In this document: in pieces, positions 60,028-64,000 of the stretch
Numbering within the stretch: position 1 is the stretch's first letter
Layout of the letters: each line of letters starts with the position of its first letter
Source of the DNA: the human T2T-CHM13v2.0 reference genome, Homo sapiens
DNA: 64,000 nucleotides
Direction: 5' to 3' (one strand)
NCBI RefSeq assembly: GCF_009914755.1
Contig: NC_060943.1
Position numbers and translations under genes: made by a program
The notes under the pieces: model-generated
Told to the model about the DNA's origin: nothing
The model's database searches: none
The model's input: the letters and a program-made list of their open reading frames with translations, nothing else

Positions 60028-60997
60028 TCAAAAAAAATAATAATAAGTTAAATATGTGGTAAATGTGACTTTCAGTGAAACGTATTTGAACTTTTGTTTG
60101 GGAGAGCAGATGGTTTCAAGCAAATGTTATTCCTGATTTTAGCTTTATGAGAAGAGTCACAGTATTCTGCTGTTGTAGGTATCAGAAACTACAACCAGCG
60201 ATATCCAGATTCTGCTATTTGAACCTATCCAGAGTCAGGGGTTCTAAGAAGCCACCCAAGGTGTGAAACTGGTATACCTTGCCAGGCTCCCGCTCTGCAC
60301 ACCCAGAGGGAAACTGGTACCGGAGTGAGGATTGGAAGAATCGTGTCTGTAAACCGCCTGCCAGCCACTCCCTTCTCCAGGCTCTGTTTCTGCACCCTGC
60401 ACTTAAGCCCAGCTTGGTATCCGACTGTCCCGTCCTACTTTGGGACCTTTGCCGTGGTGGTCCTTTACCTTGTGAGTCCCACCTGTCCCTTTTGCACTTG
60501 TCCAAACCTATCCTACAATCAAGGCCTACCTCAGAAGAATATTTTTTTCGTAACAACCTTTTTGATTTCCCTTGCCCTTTGCCCATCTCTGCCTTTGCTG
60601 ATGCCCCATAAAGTTTATGAGTGCTGTGTGTGTCAACAGCCCTCACCATAATCTGAGTACTCATGTGATCCTCCTGAAGCTTGTGAGCTCTTCAAAGAGG
60701 AAAGGAGAAAATGCTGAACGTGGATCCAGGCCCTGTTCAACGTGCCAGCCTCAGCTTTGAAGGGGCCAGTCTAGAATCATACTTTTTTGGTTGCATTGTT
60801 TTTGTATTACTACTTGAGGAATTTTCTAACAGTCATCATTTCATAGTTCAGTGCTCACTATTGTACCTGCTCCTCTAAGGTTATAATATGATTTCTTATT
60901 CATTTGTAGCCCACCTGTGTGGATAATAGCATCACAGGAGTTATTGTCCAGAATTACTGTAGCCTTCCTCACTTTATCTTATTTTTCCCCCCGACAG

Positions 60998-62287
60998 GAA
61001 AGGACTTAGAAGCCTTACAAATACATCTGTGCATTCTTGCTTCAGACTTTACAACTGAGGGCCAGCCCAGTCTGGAAGCATCTCTTATTAATGTTACAAG
61101 GAAACCGCTACCTCAGCAAACAAAAGGAATGGAGGAGGAGACTTACAACAAACGCCATTTAAAAAAAAAAGAAAAACTTGTTTTCAGGAAACATTAGAGG
61201 AAATTTGGAGAATTTCAGCATTGCATAGAAGCAGCCTTACAGGTAAACGGATTTGACGGGCAGGCTCTGTCAAAATTCTGCAGAAGTTTGATCTTCCTTC
61301 TTAAGGACTTTGTGTGAAGTAATTCTTTACTGCTTTTAAATTGCTGTTGATCAGCTTCTGGGTTTTTGGGTTCTAACTTTTTTGGGTATATTGAAGACAC
61401 AGTGTATTACATTATATTACATTTTTAAACGTTAAGTTATTTTTCTGCCATTGTAAATACAAGTATCAAAATATTCTTGCAAAGAAGTAAACATTTTTCT
61501 CAGCAAGCATATCCTTTTAGTAAGAGAGTGGAATGCTAAACAGTTCTTATCCAGCATTTTGGACATCTTTTATTTTTTGTCAGAGATCCTGTCTACACTG
61601 AAAATATTAATTATATAAACCTGTTGTCTCTCACCTCTACATTGGATCACATGGTCACCTGCCTCATGGAAATGCCTTTTTTAAAACTTCGATTTGCAGA
61701 ACTCCACTATTTTTATACCTAGCTACAGTTTTGAGAAAGAAGAATCAGAACCCTGACCCACTTACGGTTGCTGGGACAATTCCCCCTCCCGCATGTATTG
61801 CTGCAGTGCCCAGGACAGTAAAATGGACTACAAGCGGCGCTTCCTGCTTGGCGGGTCCAAGCAGAAGGTGCAGCAGCACCAGCAATACCCGATGCCTGAG
61901 CTGGGCCGAGCACTGAGTGCTCCCCTGGCATCCACGGCCACCACTGCCCCCCTGGGCAGTCTGACCGCTGCAGGCAGCTGCCACCATGCCATGCCCCACA
62001 CTACTCCTATCGCCGACATCCAGCAGGGCATCTCCAAGTATCTGGATGCCCTGAACGTCTTCTGCCGTGCCAGTACTTTCCTCACAGATCTCTTCAGCAC
62101 TGTGTTCAGGAACTCTCACTACTCAAAGGCAGCCACACAGCTCAAAGATGTGCAGGAGCATGTCATGGAAGCAGCCAGTCGGCTGACCTCGGCCATAAAG
62201 CCTGAGATCGCCAAGATGCTAATGGAACTTAGTGCTGGGGCTGCAAATTTTACGGATCAGAAGGAATTCAGTCTCCAGGACATTGAG
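60998..62287 (+). other. GARRE1: GARRE1 exon 2 (1290 nt: 795 nt 5'UTR plus 495 nt CDS)
   Basis: Strong acceptor TTATCTTATTTTTCCCCCCGACAG|GAAAGG (60997/60998) and donor at 62288. The sequence is repeat-free, and the -795/+495 offsets agree with my recollection of the RefSeq exon boundaries. Confidence 0.85.
61793..62287 (+). CDS. GARRE1: First coding segment (codons 1-165, in exon 2) of GARRE1/KIAA0355, granule-associated Rac and RHOG effector 1; the CDS continues beyond the window
   Basis: ORF MYCCSAQDSKMDYKRRFLLGGSKQKVQQHQQYPMPELGRALSAPLAST...KEFSLQDIE matches my recollection of the KIAA0355 N-terminus. The codon-like, GC-richer composition ends at the phase-0 donor GAG|GTAGAG (62287/62288). 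Confidence 0.93.
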
Positions 62288-62939
62288 GTAGAGTATCTTT
62301 TGTGTCATACTTGTGTAGGAAAATATACTACAAAGGTAAGTGAGAATATTGTCTTAAGTTTTTTTCCAAATCACTGTAATAGTAGCCTTTGTCCTCTTGC
62401 TGTTGGTACTCTGTCTTTGTAAAAAATGTGTGCGTGCCAGGTTCTGAATTGCTTTCATATCAAATTCAGTAGGTTAAGGGTAGGTGTGGTGGCTGTAACC
62501 CCAGCACTTTGGGAGGCCAAGGCGGGAAGATCGCTTGAGCTCAGGAGTTTGAGGCATCATAGTGAGACCTTGTCTCTACAAAAACTAAAAAAATTAATTA
62601 GCTGGGTGTGGTGGTGTGCACCTGTTGGATAGATTTTAAAAATTACTTTTAGCTGTTCAGAGAGTTAATCTGGCATTAGTTTTTCCATCCTTCTACATCC
62701 AGAAGCCCTGACTACTCCAGAAGCCCAGAAGCTGAGGTGGGAGGATCGCTTGAGCCCAGGAGTTTGAGGCTGCAGTGAGCCGTGATTGCACTGCTGTACT
62801 CCAGCCTGGACGGCAGAGTGAGACCATGTCTCAAAAAAAAAAAAAAAAGAAAAATTATTAAACAAACCAGCCAATATTTTATATTGTTGTCTTTCAAATT
62901 TTCAAGTCAGAACCTAATTTTCAAATACCGTACTGGTAA

Positions 62940-63229
<290 letters not shown>

Positions 63230-63232
63230 TGA

Positions 63233-63424
<192 letters not shown>

Positions 63425-63770
63425 TGAGTAGCTGGGATTACAGGCATGCGCCACCATGCCCGGCTAATTTTGTATTTTTAGTAGAGACGGGGTTTCACCA
63501 TGTTGGTCAGACTAGGGTCTCAAACTCGCAACTTCAGGTGATCCGCCCGCCTCAGCCTCCCAAAGTTCTGGGATTACAGGCAGGAGCCACCGCGCCCAGC
63601 CGTTTTTTTTTTTTTTTTTTTTTGAGACGGAGTCTCACTCTGTCACACAAGCTGGAGTGTAGTGGCACGATCTCAGCTTACTGCAACATCGCCTCCCAGG
63701 TTCAAGCAATTCTCTGCCTCAGCCTCCCGAGTAGCTGGGATTACAGGCGCCCACCACCACACCCGGCTAA

Positions 63771-63962
<192 letters not shown>

Positions 63963-64000
63963 TAATTTTTCCAATTCTAAATTCACAGTTGCTAATATTC

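Noticed and set aside
60215-60664. Three overlapping 108-149 aa ORFs upstream of exon 2
   Set aside because: No recognisable protein, mostly non-ATG starts, intronic location.
62288-62422. C-terminal 44 aa of the 209-aa ORF
   Set aside because: Read-through into intron 2 past the GAG|GT donor; composition turns AT-rich.

Overview
Human genomic DNA, very Alu-dense (about 100 Alu copies or fragments by manual scan). It holds the 5' end of GARRE1 (KIAA0355; recalled location chr19q13.11) on the + strand. The gene parts are a CpG-island promoter with a short non-coding exon 1 (donor at 15957), a ~45 kb intron 1, and a 1290-nt exon 2 (60998-62287) with 795 nt of 5'UTR and the first 165 codons. 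Intron 1 contains an antisense RPL29 processed pseudogene and many TE fossils (L1M, L2, MIR, THE1, MST, MLT1, Tigger1, MER47A, MER20, MER5A, a young AluYa5). Most notable structures: (1) an apparent L1PA-mediated 3' transduction (~20980-21990) carrying THE1 and Tigger1 sequence from another locus; (2) a ~0.5 kb inverted duplication upstream of the promoter that includes unique flanks and the same Alu; (3) a 5'UTR with four AUG uORFs of 22-23 codons, a weak annotated start and a possible internal intron; (4) inverted-Alu flanks around exon 2 that predict a start-codon-containing circRNA. All repeat-family names come from recalled consensus sequences; no database search was run.
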